The notes under the pieces are model-generated. The model saw only the letters and a list, made by a program, of their open reading frames with translations, did no database searches and had not been told where the DNA came from. The position numbers and the translations under genes are program-made. DNA of 56,374 nt, taken from the NCBI GenBank assembly GCA_016185845.1, contig JACPMV010000046.1:1-56374 (forward strand), in the 5' to 3' direction. Positions 37,685 to 47,281 of this stretch are shown here, piece by piece (position 1 is the first letter of the stretch; the number at the start of each line of letters is the position of its first letter). Origin of the DNA: Candidatus Woesearchaeota archaeon. GTDB lineage: Archaea > Nanobdellota > Nanobdellia > Woesearchaeales > GW2011-AR4.

Positions 37685-38614
37685 TCACCAGTCCAGAATT
37701 GCCCCTTTTCCTCCGGTAAGCCACCTGTAGCATTCCAAGGCTGCTTTTGAGCCGTCTCCTGCAGCAATTACTGTCTGCTTGTACGGAACCGGAGTTATGT
37801 CGCCTGCTGCAAAAATTCCCGGATGGGATGTATTGCCTCTTTCATCAACAATTATCTCCTTTTTGTCATTCACCTTTACAAGATGCTGCACGAAAGAAGT
37901 GTCGACAACATACCCTATTTCTATGAATATCCCGTCAACTTTCAGGGTTCTTCTATCTTTTGTGGCCATGTTCTCAACTTCCATCCCGTCAACGTTCTTG
38001 TCGCCAATTACTTTTGTCCCAACACTGTTTAGGACCAGTTCGATATTGGGATTATTCTTCAGTTTTTCAACTGTGATTTCATCAGCCCTGAAAGTGTCCC
38101 TCCTGTGGACAAGATAAACTTTTTTTGCTATTGTTGCAAGCTCCAAAGCGCCTTCAACAGCCGAATTTCCGCCCCCAATCACTGCTGTTTCCCTGTTCTT
38201 GTACAATGGGGCATCGCAGGTAACGCATGTTGAAACCCCCCTTCCGAAGAATTTTTCCTCATTTTCAATCCCCAGGCTTCTTGGAACTTTTCCGTATGCA
38301 AGGATCAGGGCTTTGCATTCATACTCTTCCCCGTTTGCAAGGCCTACTTTAAACCCCTTTTCGGTTTTATCAACTTTATTTGCCTTTCCCATTATTATCT
38401 CAGCGCCAAAGCCAATCGCCTCATTTTGGAAGCGCTGCATGAGCTCAGGGCCGCTCATAGGTCCTGTTCCCGGATAATTCTCAATATGGTTGGTGAGGTT
38501 TGTCTGCCCGCCTACATCTATGCTTAGGATTGCTGTATTTAGCTTTTTTCTGCATGTATAAACTGCGGCAGTCAGCCCAGCAGCTCCTGCCCCAACAATT
38601 ATGACGTCGTACAT
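37685..38614 (-). CDS. trxB: Thioredoxin reductase
   Basis: GAGAAG, IENYPG, CVTCDA, GGGNSA, HRR, FAAGD. Confidence 0.93.
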   Translation of the reverse strand: MYDVIIVGAGAAGLTAAVYTCRKKLNTAILSIDVGGQTNLTNHIENYPGTGPMSGPELMQRFQNEAIGFGAEIIMGKANKVDKTEKGFKVGLANGEEYECKALILAYGKVPRSLGIENEEKFFGRGVSTCVTCDAPLYKNRETAVIGGGNSAVEGALELATIAKKVYLVHRRDTFRADEITVEKLKNNPNIELVLNSVGTKVIGDKNVDGMEVENMATKDRRTLKVDGIFIEIGYVVDTSFVQHLVKVNDKKEIIVDERGNTSHPGIFAAGDITPVPYKQTVIAAGDGSKAALECYRWLTGGKGAILDW

Positions 38615-38666
38615 GAAGTTTAGAAATTAACAGCGTTTTAAAAAGGTTGCGAAAAATATTTTCTAT

Positions 38667-39056
38667 TTAATCCCCAATGTAAACAATCTTTTTCATGTTT
38701 TTGAAATGTTCGTCCCCGCTAATTAGCATGCAATTCAATTCATTTTGCTTCGCAACTAATATTGCATCAATTAGCCCAAAATCTTTTACTTTTTTTCTGA
38801 TTTCATGCTTTGCTTCCGCAGCTTTCAGCCAAATATCAGCTTGCACAGGCAGCATAATGGAATTTTTATTTATGATATCCTTAATGCGGCCAAAATCGCT
38901 GTTTGTTCTCAGGCAATAACTCTTCACTTCGCTTAAAGTGCATTCCATAGTTATGAATTTATGATTTTTGTTGCCCAGCAATTTTTTTAATTTCAATCCA
39001 CCGTTTGAACCTACAAAATACTCTATCCAAGCCCATGAGTCAACTATAAACATCAT
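38667..39056 (-). CDS. vapC: PIN-domain VapC toxin
   Basis: VDSWAWIEYF, LSE, GLIDA, SGDEHF. Confidence 0.88.
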   Translation of the reverse strand: MMFIVDSWAWIEYFVGSNGGLKLKKLLGNKNHKFITMECTLSEVKSYCLRTNSDFGRIKDIINKNSIMLPVQADIWLKAAEAKHEIRKKVKDFGLIDAILVAKQNELNCMLISGDEHFKNMKKIVYIGD

Positions 39057-39256
39057 TAGAAGTCGCTGTCCCCCTTGTCTTCTCTGCTGAATTTGGGCGC
39101 ACCCTTTAGAATTCCAAATCCATCAATTCTTTTTTCCTTGGATATGTCCACTTTTACGATATCCCCTTCGTTTAAATCTTCCTGCTTAGTTATTTCCTTT
39201 GGAATTATCATGGCAAGGGAATTGCCCCACTTCCTGATTTTAGTTTCGGTTATCAT
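39056..39256 (-). CDS. AbrB/MazE-type antitoxin
   Basis: KIRKWGNSLAMIIPK..LNEGD. Confidence 0.9.
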   Translation of the reverse strand: MITETKIRKWGNSLAMIIPKEITKQEDLNEGDIVKVDISKEKRIDGFGILKGAPKFSREDKGDSDF

Positions 39257-39272
39257 CTTATATCACCTTTAA

Positions 39273-39288
39273 GTATCATTAATGATAC
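39273..39288. promoter_or_regulatory. Palindromic TA operator
   Basis: GTATCATTAATGATAC perfect 16-bp palindrome between TATA box and antitoxin start. Confidence 0.65.
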
Positions 39289-39321
39289 ATGGAAGTATAA
39301 CTAATATATAAAGCTTTGGCT

Positions 39322-40257
39322 TTATAGTGTTGTTATGGGCCTTGCCTGAAGAATGTAAACTTTGCCGTCAATCGCCCATTCAATGTCCATTGGCTTTTTA
39401 TAATGATTTTCTATATTTAATGATTCTTTTATCAGCTGATTTATCTCTTTTTTATTTAATGTTTTTTCGTTTGCTTTTTTAGTGTTTAACTTTATTGTTT
39501 TATTTTTTCCATTCTGCCTTACTATTGCTATTTTTTTCTCATTTATTGTTTCTTTTATAACCTCATGTTCATTTTTATCAATTAAAAAATTATCCGGTGT
39601 TACCATTCCTGAGACAATTGACTCGCCTAACCCAAAAGCAGCCTCGATAATCATTTCATTTTTATTCTTAGTAACTGGATTTATGGTAAATATAACTCCT
39701 GATTTTTTAGCATCAATCATTTCCTGAATAACAATAGCCATTTTTGGCTCATGGTTGAATTTATTGCTATCTCTGTAAATTATAGCTCTCGAAGTATAGA
39801 AAGAAGCCCAGCATTCTTTTATATATTTTAACAAATCTTTTTCTCCCTTTACGTTCAAAAAAGTGGCCTGCTGCCCTGCAAAGCTTGCTTCCTGCAAATC
39901 CTCGGCAACTGCAGAGCTTCTAACAGCCACAAACCCATTTAATTTTTTATAATTTTTAACTACTTCATTTTGCATTTCTGGTGAAATTATTGATTTTATA
40001 ATCAGATTTCTTATCTGTTTAGATAAAAATTCAGTTTTTTCTAAATCATTCACATCAACTTTTTCAACAAGCGAAACTATTCTTTCTTTTATTCTTGCAG
40101 ACTCAAGAAATATTTCAAATACAGAAACGATGATGCAGAAGCCATCTGGAATGGGGAATCTGGAAAACATCTCTCCGAGATTTGCGCCTTTGCCGCCTAC
40201 GGTAGAAATATCTTTCTTCTTTACATCTTTAAGCCATTTGATAAAATGCGAAGTCAT
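39322..40257 (-). CDS. Stand-alone PEP/pyruvate-binding (ATP-grasp) domain of the PEP synthase/RPH family
   Basis: VGGKGANLGEM, AVRSSA..ED..SFAGQ, GLGESIVSG, DIEWA..LQARPIT. Confidence 0.92.
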   Translation of the reverse strand: MTSHFIKWLKDVKKKDISTVGGKGANLGEMFSRFPIPDGFCIIVSVFEIFLESARIKERIVSLVEKVDVNDLEKTEFLSKQIRNLIIKSIISPEMQNEVVKNYKKLNGFVAVRSSAVAEDLQEASFAGQQATFLNVKGEKDLLKYIKECWASFYTSRAIIYRDSNKFNHEPKMAIVIQEMIDAKKSGVIFTINPVTKNKNEMIIEAAFGLGESIVSGMVTPDNFLIDKNEHEVIKETINEKKIAIVRQNGKNKTIKLNTKKANEKTLNKKEINQLIKESLNIENHYKKPMDIEWAIDGKVYILQARPITTL

Positions 40258-40282
40258 GTTAGGAAATAGATTATAGCCCTAT

Positions 40283-41689
40283 TTAAGCCTTTTTCATTAC
40301 CTTTACAGTCCCGCTATTGGCATCAACCTCAACAACATCTCCATTCTGCAATGTTTTTGTCGCATTTTTTGTCCCAACTACGCATGGAATCCCAATCTCT
40401 CTTGAGACAATCGCGGCATGGCTTGTCACTCCTCCTTCATCTGTGACTATTGCGCTTGCTTTCTGCATCGCTGGAACATAGTCTGGATGGGTTGTTACTG
40501 CAACTAAAATATCCCCTTTCATAACATTTGGCAGGTCCTTGACACCCTTAACTATCGCCACTTTCCCATGCGCAAAACCTCTTGAAGCAGGGGTGCCTTG
40601 CAGATTAACATTTATTGATTCTTTCATTAGGCCAAGCGCCATTAAACCATCATTAATTTGTTCTCCGTTCAGGCAAATTATATCTCTCTTATTATCATAC
40701 ATTATTATAAATCCCTTTTTTCTTGACTCAATCAAGCCTTTGTCCGCTTTTAGCCTTTGTAGCAAGCATTTCTTTATCTCGTCTTCTCGCAAATAAGCCA
40801 TATCATGAATTTCCACTCCCAGCCTGTTTGACAATTCTTTAAAGAGGGAGCTTTGAATGTAGAAAATGCCCTTTCTCCTGAAATCGTCCCTCAAATCCTT
40901 TATATACGCAAAAAGCTTTGCCGTGTCTAACACTTTTCTTTCTTCTTTATTTACGTTCAATTGCTTTAGTGCTTCGCTGTAACTCATTCTGGCTTTTTGG
41001 GTATTTTTTCTGAAATCCTTCAGATGATCATTGAACTCTTCAAAAGCCCATGGCTTGTTATGTATATCCAGGCATGGAATCCACTTGTATTTGCTGTAAA
41101 GATTCTTTATAACCTTCTTATTCAATTTCTTTGTGCTTACAGTATAGGTAAGCTCCAGAATTGATGCTCTTTTTATAGGAGTTAGGGCAGCATCCAAGTA
41201 ATCATGAAGCTTTTCGCTTGTCGCTGCCTTTTTCTCAATAAGTTTTCTGGCTCTTTCAGCAGCGAATTCGTTAAGGAAGTATGCCCCCCATATGAAAAAA
41301 GTATAGCGTACGCAGATTTTCTGATACTGGTCATATACTTTTGCCAACTCATTGGCCCTTTTTTTCGACAGGTTAATTTTTGATATTTTTTTGCAATAAT
41401 CAACATACTGGTTTCCAGTCTTTACAAATAATCTATAAAATCCCCGGGAATCTTTTATTACATATCTCTTATTGATTGCATCAAGAAATTTGTTCCATTT
41501 ATTCTCATCAGCATAGCATACCTGGTTGTTATCTTCAGGAACATATGCCTGCTCATAAAAAGTGACTGGCGACAAGTCCTTTACTTCATCGCTTAATGAG
41601 CGCAAAGAAATTTCTGTATATTGGACTGCATATTCTCTGCTAAACAGATTCTTCCACTTGGCTTTTGGATTAATTGGTTTTATTTCCAT
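40283..41689 (-). CDS. Helical domain + PEP-utilising phospho-His swivel domain
   Basis: GDILVAVTTHPDY..TDEGGVTSHAAIVSREIGIPCVVG. Confidence 0.9.
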   Translation of the reverse strand: MEIKPINPKAKWKNLFSREYAVQYTEISLRSLSDEVKDLSPVTFYEQAYVPEDNNQVCYADENKWNKFLDAINKRYVIKDSRGFYRLFVKTGNQYVDYCKKISKINLSKKRANELAKVYDQYQKICVRYTFFIWGAYFLNEFAAERARKLIEKKAATSEKLHDYLDAALTPIKRASILELTYTVSTKKLNKKVIKNLYSKYKWIPCLDIHNKPWAFEEFNDHLKDFRKNTQKARMSYSEALKQLNVNKEERKVLDTAKLFAYIKDLRDDFRRKGIFYIQSSLFKELSNRLGVEIHDMAYLREDEIKKCLLQRLKADKGLIESRKKGFIIMYDNKRDIICLNGEQINDGLMALGLMKESINVNLQGTPASRGFAHGKVAIVKGVKDLPNVMKGDILVAVTTHPDYVPAMQKASAIVTDEGGVTSHAAIVSREIGIPCVVGTKNATKTLQNGDVVEVDANSGTVKVMKKA

Positions 41690-42299
41690 TTTTTATCTTC
41701 TTATCAATCTGTTTTATTATTGCTTCATATTTTTTTACAGGCCTCATGCCCATTTCCTTTCTCAATTTTATTATCCTCTTAAAATATTCTTTTGCAACTT
41801 TTGGCGGCTTATTGCCGGTGTAGTATCCCTCAACGTTATCATAAAGGAAGCAGTCTAAAGTATCTGCATCTTTCGCCAGCTCAACATAGGGGTTTTTTGT
41901 GTAAATGTGCTTGTCGCTGTGATGGAAAATAGCTTCTGAAATAATCTTTATCTCTTTTTCATTAAATTTTACTGTTGCCCTTAATATTTTTTCAGCTATT
42001 GGCGCTCCAAGATGGGCATGGTCTTTATATTTTCCTTTGACGATAACCTGTATATCATGCAAAGCACAAATCAGCTCTGCATACTCCTTGTTTAGCCTCC
42101 TTTTTTCGGCTAGAATCCTGCCAACCTGGACGCAGCCGCTTGAGTGCTTCAATTCAAAAACTTTTGAGCTTTCTCTTTCCTTATCTGTTAATTTGCTTTT
42201 TAGTATCAACTCTATAACTTTTCTTTGCACAAACTCTGACCTGTTCAGCTTGTTGCCCTTGAAATGATGATAGCCTTCATTTTTTCCCAAAATAACCAC
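41670..42299 (-). CDS. HD-domain phosphohydrolase
   Basis: H..LHDI..HH..DADTLD. Confidence 0.85.
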   Translation of the reverse strand: MVILGKNEGYHHFKGNKLNRSEFVQRKVIELILKSKLTDKERESSKVFELKHSSGCVQVGRILAEKRRLNKEYAELICALHDIQVIVKGKYKDHAHLGAPIAEKILRATVKFNEKEIKIISEAIFHHSDKHIYTKNPYVELAKDADTLDCFLYDNVEGYYTGNKPPKVAKEYFKRIIKLRKEMGMRPVKKYEAIIKQIDKKIKNGNKTN

Positions 42300-42337
42300 C
42301 TTGCAATAACAATCAGCTAGTCCTATTTAAATTTTCC

Positions 42338-42393
42338 TACCCCCTTACTAGGGTATGAATAGAAAGATTTTTATAATATCCCGGTATAGGATA
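42338..42393. promoter_or_regulatory. Candidate TrmB operators in the divergent promoter
   Basis: TACCC-N8-GGGTA (42338) and TATCC-N7-GGATA (42377). Confidence 0.4.
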
Positions 42394-42397
42394 CTGC

Positions 42398-43153
42398 ATG
42401 GAAATAGATGTATTGAAAGATTTAGGCCTTACAGATGGCGAAATAAGGGTTTACTTGGCATTGCTTGAGATAGGAACTTCCACGGCTGGCAGAATAATTG
42501 AGAAATCAAAAATATCACCCTCAAAAATTTATGATGTATTGAACAGGCTCATTGACAAGGGGCTGGTTAGCTACATAATTGAAGGCAAAACCAAGCATTT
42601 CAGAGCAGCACCGCCAAAGAATATCCTGCACTATATAGAAAGGAGAGAAAATGAATTGGTGCAGCACAAAAATGAATTCAGAAAAATAATTCCGTTGCTT
42701 GAGGCAAAAAAGAAAGCAGAAACCAGCGCCTTCAATGCTGAAATTTTTGAGGGGGTCAATGGTTTAATAACTGTTTTTGATATGTCTGTTGATGAGCTAA
42801 GGAAAGGAGATATCGCATATGCTTTTGGCTATCCTGCATATGCAAGCGAATTATTTGATGATTATTGGAGACAATATTATAAAAAATGCGACAGAAAAGG
42901 TATAATGAGAAAAGTTATTTTTGATTATGATGCTTGGTTCTTAAAAAAAAGGACTGGAAGAAAAATGTCCTATTACAGATATATGCCAAAAGGCATTGTT
43001 ACGCCGTCATGGGTTTTAATTTTTAATGATAAAGTTGCTACAGCTATAGTTACACCCGAACAAAAAGTATGTTTTCTTGTGCAAAACAAAGAAGTAGCAA
43101 AGAGCTATATCGGATATTTTAATCTGCTGTGGAAAAACGCGATACAGCCATAA
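42398..43153 (+). CDS. TrmB-family transcriptional regulator
   Basis: LGLTDGEIRVYLALL..IYDVLNRLIDKGLV; PLD-like C-terminal domain ending YFNLLWK. Confidence 0.9.
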   Translation: MEIDVLKDLGLTDGEIRVYLALLEIGTSTAGRIIEKSKISPSKIYDVLNRLIDKGLVSYIIEGKTKHFRAAPPKNILHYIERRENELVQHKNEFRKIIPLLEAKKKAETSAFNAEIFEGVNGLITVFDMSVDELRKGDIAYAFGYPAYASELFDDYWRQYYKKCDRKGIMRKVIFDYDAWFLKKRTGRKMSYYRYMPKGIVTPSWVLIFNDKVATAIVTPEQKVCFLVQNKEVAKSYIGYFNLLWKNAIQP

Positions 43154-43154
43154 T

Positions 43155-44651
43155 TCACTTCCACTCCCTCAGCATCTCCATCATCAGCCTTACAGCAGCC
43201 CCTGTCGCGCCTTTTGCCAGAATTCCCTTGTCCGCTTTGCTCCATACAGTCGTGCCTATATCAATATGCGCCCAGGGCACGTCATTTACAAAATTCTTAA
43301 GGAAAACAGCGCCTATTATGACTCCTGCTTCAGGGTCATCCGGTATGTTCTGTATGTCGGCCACATCGCTCTTTATTTTTTCCTCGTATTCCGGCCATAA
43401 AGGGAGCTCCCACACTTTTTCAAGGCTTTTTTCAGAGGCTTTTTTTATTTTTCCGCTTAATCCATCATCTGTGCTTAAAAAAGGAGTGCCTACAGAGCCC
43501 AAGACTACTGTGCTCGCGCCTGTCAGAGTTGCAAGGCAGATTATAGCTTCCGGCTTCATTTCCGCGGCATAGGCAAGTGCATCAGCAAGAATCAGCCTTC
43601 CTTCAGCATCTGTATTTTTTATTTCTACAGTCATCTTGTTGTACGCTGTTAATACATCATCCGGCCTGAATGCACCAGCATCTATCATATTCTCGCATAA
43701 GGGAGTAACAGCCACGACATTTACGGGCAGCTTCAGTTTGGCGCATGCTTCCATGGTGTGCATAGCCGCAATTGCCCCTCCCTTGTCATCTTTCATGTTA
43801 AGGATATAAGGATACGGCTTTACATTCAGTCCGCCGCTGTCAAAAGTTACCCCTTTTCCGACCAATGCAACCGGATTTTTGCCTTTGCCCGCGCCATTAT
43901 ATTCCAGAACCACGAGCCTTGGCTTGTTTACGCTGCCCTTTCCTACCGCAAAAAAGCATCCCATCTTCATCTTTTCAATCTGCCTGTCGTCAAAAACAGA
44001 GCACTTTAAGCCGGATTTTTTTGCAAGCTCTTTTGCGTAATTTGCAACATATTCGGGAGTCGCTACATTTGGCGGAGTATTCACCATATCCCTTGTTTTA
44101 TTTACTGCTTCTGCAGCAACAGAGGCGTATTTTAACTGATCCTGGAAATTTTTATTTGAATTTGTTACTATTGTTATCTGTTTAATTTTTTTTATCTTGT
44201 CTTTGTCTTTCGTCTTGTAGTCAATGAACTTATACAGCCCAATCAGGCAGCTTAATGCGGTTTTTTCAGCCAGTTCTTCATCGTTGAGCCTGCTGTTTTT
44301 GAATGACTCAAGGCATATGCTGAAGGTTTCAGTTGAATTATCCCTTAGACGCTTGGAAACGTCTGCTATTGTGTTTGACAATATGTATAAATCATATTTT
44401 TCCTCTTCACCTAATCCAACAAGAACAATATTTTTTATATTCCTGTTTGCAAAAATGCTTTTTAATTCGCCTTTCTCTGCCTTGAAGCTGTTCTTTTTTA
44501 TGCATTCGCTTATTATATTTTGGTATTCATTGTCCAGCTTTTTCAAATCGCCGGCTAAACTTGTTTTGTCCTTGAAGAAGCCTATCAATAATGCATTGTC
44601 CTTGATCTTGCTCAAATCAGATTTTGACACAGCTACAGAAGTTTTTTCCAT
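43155..44651 (-). CDS. pepA: Leucyl aminopeptidase (M17)
   Basis: VGKGVTFDSGG, MKDDKGG, NTDAEGRL, TLTGA, WAHIDIG. Confidence 0.95.
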   Translation of the reverse strand: MEKTSVAVSKSDLSKIKDNALLIGFFKDKTSLAGDLKKLDNEYQNIISECIKKNSFKAEKGELKSIFANRNIKNIVLVGLGEEEKYDLYILSNTIADVSKRLRDNSTETFSICLESFKNSRLNDEELAEKTALSCLIGLYKFIDYKTKDKDKIKKIKQITIVTNSNKNFQDQLKYASVAAEAVNKTRDMVNTPPNVATPEYVANYAKELAKKSGLKCSVFDDRQIEKMKMGCFFAVGKGSVNKPRLVVLEYNGAGKGKNPVALVGKGVTFDSGGLNVKPYPYILNMKDDKGGAIAAMHTMEACAKLKLPVNVVAVTPLCENMIDAGAFRPDDVLTAYNKMTVEIKNTDAEGRLILADALAYAAEMKPEAIICLATLTGASTVVLGSVGTPFLSTDDGLSGKIKKASEKSLEKVWELPLWPEYEEKIKSDVADIQNIPDDPEAGVIIGAVFLKNFVNDVPWAHIDIGTTVWSKADKGILAKGATGAAVRLMMEMLREWK

Positions 44652-44690
44652 AGAATTGATTATTTTGAGGTTATTTATTAAGCTTTTTGT

Positions 44691-45359
44691 TTATCTGCTT
44701 CTAGCCACTCCAATTCGCGGGCATAATTGCCTTATGATGCATTTAGAGCAAATTGGAGACATTGTGACGCAAACATTTTGTCCATGCAATACGAAAAGAT
44801 CATTTAAGTCACCCCAATACTTTCTAGGAACTATCCTCATTAATTCATCCATAGTCTGTTCGGCATTTTTTGTTTTAATCCAGCCTAATCTGTTTGAGAT
44901 GACATGAACGTGCACATCTACAGGTATGTAATCGGATTTTTGATGCCCATACACCATTGTTATAGCTGCAGTTTTTTTCCCGACACCTTTTAATTTCATC
45001 AATTCATCAAAATTATTTGGAACCTTGCCGTCATACTTTTTGATAATATTCTTTGCTATCTCCTTTATCCTCTTCGATTTTGTTATGTAATAATTTACCG
45101 GTCTGATTATATTCTGTATTTTCTTCAGCGGCATTTTCGCAAGTTTTTTAGGGGTGTCTGCAACTTGAAAAAGTTTTAAAGAAACAGGCCCGGTTGTCCT
45201 GTCCTGCGTCCTTAAGCTCAGAATGCATGAGATTAAAACCTTGAAAGGGTCTTTTTGGATTTCCCCTATTTTAGAAACAACCGGATTATCAAAGTCTTTT
45301 ACTTCTTTTTTTAGAAGGGTGATTATTTTGGAGATGTTTTTTATTTTATTTTGTTGCAT
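44691..45359 (-). CDS. nth: Endonuclease III
   Basis: LKGVGKKTA HhH, VDVHV, C-x6-C-x2-C-x5-C. Confidence 0.93.
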   Translation of the reverse strand: MQQNKIKNISKIITLLKKEVKDFDNPVVSKIGEIQKDPFKVLISCILSLRTQDRTTGPVSLKLFQVADTPKKLAKMPLKKIQNIIRPVNYYITKSKRIKEIAKNIIKKYDGKVPNNFDELMKLKGVGKKTAAITMVYGHQKSDYIPVDVHVHVISNRLGWIKTKNAEQTMDELMRIVPRKYWGDLNDLFVLHGQNVCVTMSPICSKCIIRQLCPRIGVARSR

Positions 45360-45360
45360 T

Positions 45361-45969
45361 TTAAAGAATTTTGATTATTCCGAGTATTGCATCTGGTTTC
45401 CTATTAGGATTTTTGAAAATAAATCCATCTTTTTTAATCTCTTTTTCTCTTCCTTTATACCTGTGTTCTACAACTTCCAGCTGATTTGGGTCATAAACTA
45501 CGGCAATATCTATTCTTATTGGTTTTTTCCTATCTGCAATAGGCCAGTAATAAAATGGCTCAATGAATTGTTTAAAATATTCTTCATTCTTCTTTATTGT
45601 AAATGGAAGGGCAAATAAGTCTATATGCTTTTTATCAATATTTTTATATCTGTCACCTTTTCTTTTAGAATCATACCTATCATGCCCCATTTTCTTAATT
45701 ATATTAATTAATTCACTGATTGATTTGCCTTTATGCTCTTCAGAACTAAGTGCCCTTATTACAACTTTTTTTCCAAGGAAACGTTTTTTCAGGCAATTGT
45801 CAATTTTTGCGCTAATTTTAGCAAAATCCGGCTTATTATCTAAATAAACTTTGGGAATTTTAAGATTGTACCAAGGAGTTCCAGCATATTCAATTTTTTT
45901 GGAAGTTTTTCTGAATTGCTTGAATTTATATTCAGGAACTCTTACTTGATAAACTGGTATTTTTATCAT
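45361..45969 (-). CDS. Hypothetical basic protein
   Basis: 202-aa ORF tightly packed in the operon. Confidence 0.6.
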   Translation of the reverse strand: MIKIPVYQVRVPEYKFKQFRKTSKKIEYAGTPWYNLKIPKVYLDNKPDFAKISAKIDNCLKKRFLGKKVVIRALSSEEHKGKSISELINIIKKMGHDRYDSKRKGDRYKNIDKKHIDLFALPFTIKKNEEYFKQFIEPFYYWPIADRKKPIRIDIAVVYDPNQLEVVEHRYKGREKEIKKDGFIFKNPNRKPDAILGIIKIL

Positions 45970-45970
45970 T

Positions 45971-46672
45971 TCACTTCAAAATCCTTCCGTTCTTCCTGCT
46001 CCAAAGCAGTAAATCCAGTTCATCCATGCCGATTCCGACCTGTTTGGAAAAATCAATGAATTTCTGCTCTATCTCAAGATAATTTCTTGCATTCTTCGGC
46101 TTGTCATTTGTACTCAAAACGCCGAATTCATGAAGGGAATTTATTATATGCTTGTCAAGGATTGCATAGCCCTTGAACCCTATGTTCCTAAGGAAATGGC
46201 TAGCTTCCTTGTAGGCCAGCCCCTTGATGTCCTTGTTCAGCGCAAAAAAATCCCTCAGCTCGTTTTTGTCCCTGAATGAAAGAATCTTATTTTTCAGCCT
46301 GAAGCCTATAATATTTTTGAGGTATTCTCTCGTGTGCACGATGTAAGCTGCCCTTGCATTGCTGAACCTATGCACTCCTTTCAATCTTTCTGATATCCTC
46401 TCTGCATTTTCTGCATAGATAATATTCCTGATAGCATCTATTGACCTCAGCCCCATCTCGGCGCTGGCATTTGCAGTGCAGATGCAAAAAGAAAGCTCTT
46501 CAAATATCCTTTCATCATCATTTTTTCCAGACGGCAGCAATTTCATCTCGTTGCCGGCATAATGCCACGAATAAGGCTCGTTAAAGAATTTTCCAAATTG
46601 GTCAAGCCTTTCTTTTATCCTGTCTTTTTTGACTGAATACTCTTCCCTTAATCTCTCTATGTCCATAATCAA
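45971..46672 (-). CDS. ogg: 8-oxoguanine DNA glycosylase/AP lyase (Ogg2 type)
   Basis: ELSFCICTAN, KGLAYKEASHFLRNIG, AILDKH, LDLLLW. Confidence 0.92.
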   Translation of the reverse strand: MIMDIERLREEYSVKKDRIKERLDQFGKFFNEPYSWHYAGNEMKLLPSGKNDDERIFEELSFCICTANASAEMGLRSIDAIRNIIYAENAERISERLKGVHRFSNARAAYIVHTREYLKNIIGFRLKNKILSFRDKNELRDFFALNKDIKGLAYKEASHFLRNIGFKGYAILDKHIINSLHEFGVLSTNDKPKNARNYLEIEQKFIDFSKQVGIGMDELDLLLWSRKNGRILK

Positions 46673-47178
46673 TGGATTATTCTGTGTTTTTTAAAGTTTG
46701 TTCTCTTTTTCTTTGCCCTGTTGTGGGCTATCCTAACAAAAACAATCATCAAAGCCCCGTAATTCAGCAGCATGAACCATCCTGTTGCCCAGCTTATCCC
46801 GTCAAACTTGTAATCCGACAAGGGCCATAAAAACGGAGTTGGAAAAAACCTGAATGAATGCGTCGGTATATCGATCAGTATGTGGATTGCCCAGGCAGCC
46901 AAGGGCCAGAACCATTTTTTCGTTATAAAATATATCAATAAAAATACTGCAAAGAAAATTATAAAGCTGTGCGTCATATTGTAGGCTGCAAAAAGCCATG
47001 TAGGCAGGGTTTCTAAAGCAGGCCTGCCCCTTACCAAGTCGCCATTTACCAAATTTGCAGCAAACAATATTCCAAAAGACAATAAATCCGGCAGAATCCC
47101 AAATAAAGTTGCAAGCCACGCATACTTTCTTTTATGGAAAACTGCAAAACTCCACAATCCATGGGCTAAAGTGTCCAT
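46669..47178 (-). CDS. Membrane metal-dependent hydrolase (YdjM-like)
   Basis: HGLW, LPDL, THS, HILIDIPTH, LWPLS. Confidence 0.8.
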   Translation of the reverse strand: MDTLAHGLWSFAVFHKRKYAWLATLFGILPDLLSFGILFAANLVNGDLVRGRPALETLPTWLFAAYNMTHSFIIFFAVFLLIYFITKKWFWPLAAWAIHILIDIPTHSFRFFPTPFLWPLSDYKFDGISWATGWFMLLNYGALMIVFVRIAHNRAKKKRTNFKKHRIIH

Positions 47179-47281
47179 TAACTGGAGCCTCGGTTAACAC
47201 GGCAATCAAGTGGAATTTCGGCGACATGCGAACCTCGCTCACAATTTTCCAACTCAATTCCACGAATTTTACTTAACAAGT

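Noticed and set aside
39322..41689. Frameshifted PEP synthase pseudogene
   Set aside because: Domain order is permuted relative to PpsA/RPH, and both ORFs have intact motifs and clean ends
43983..43996. Additional GTCGTC motif copies in coding DNA (pepA, DUF192, Zn ribbon)
   Set aside because: Explained by Asp-Asp codons on the minus strand
44224..44907. 227-aa plus-strand ORF and the many other antisense ORFs in the track
   Set aside because: They lie opposite well-supported genes and have S/F/L/I-rich shadow composition with no motifs
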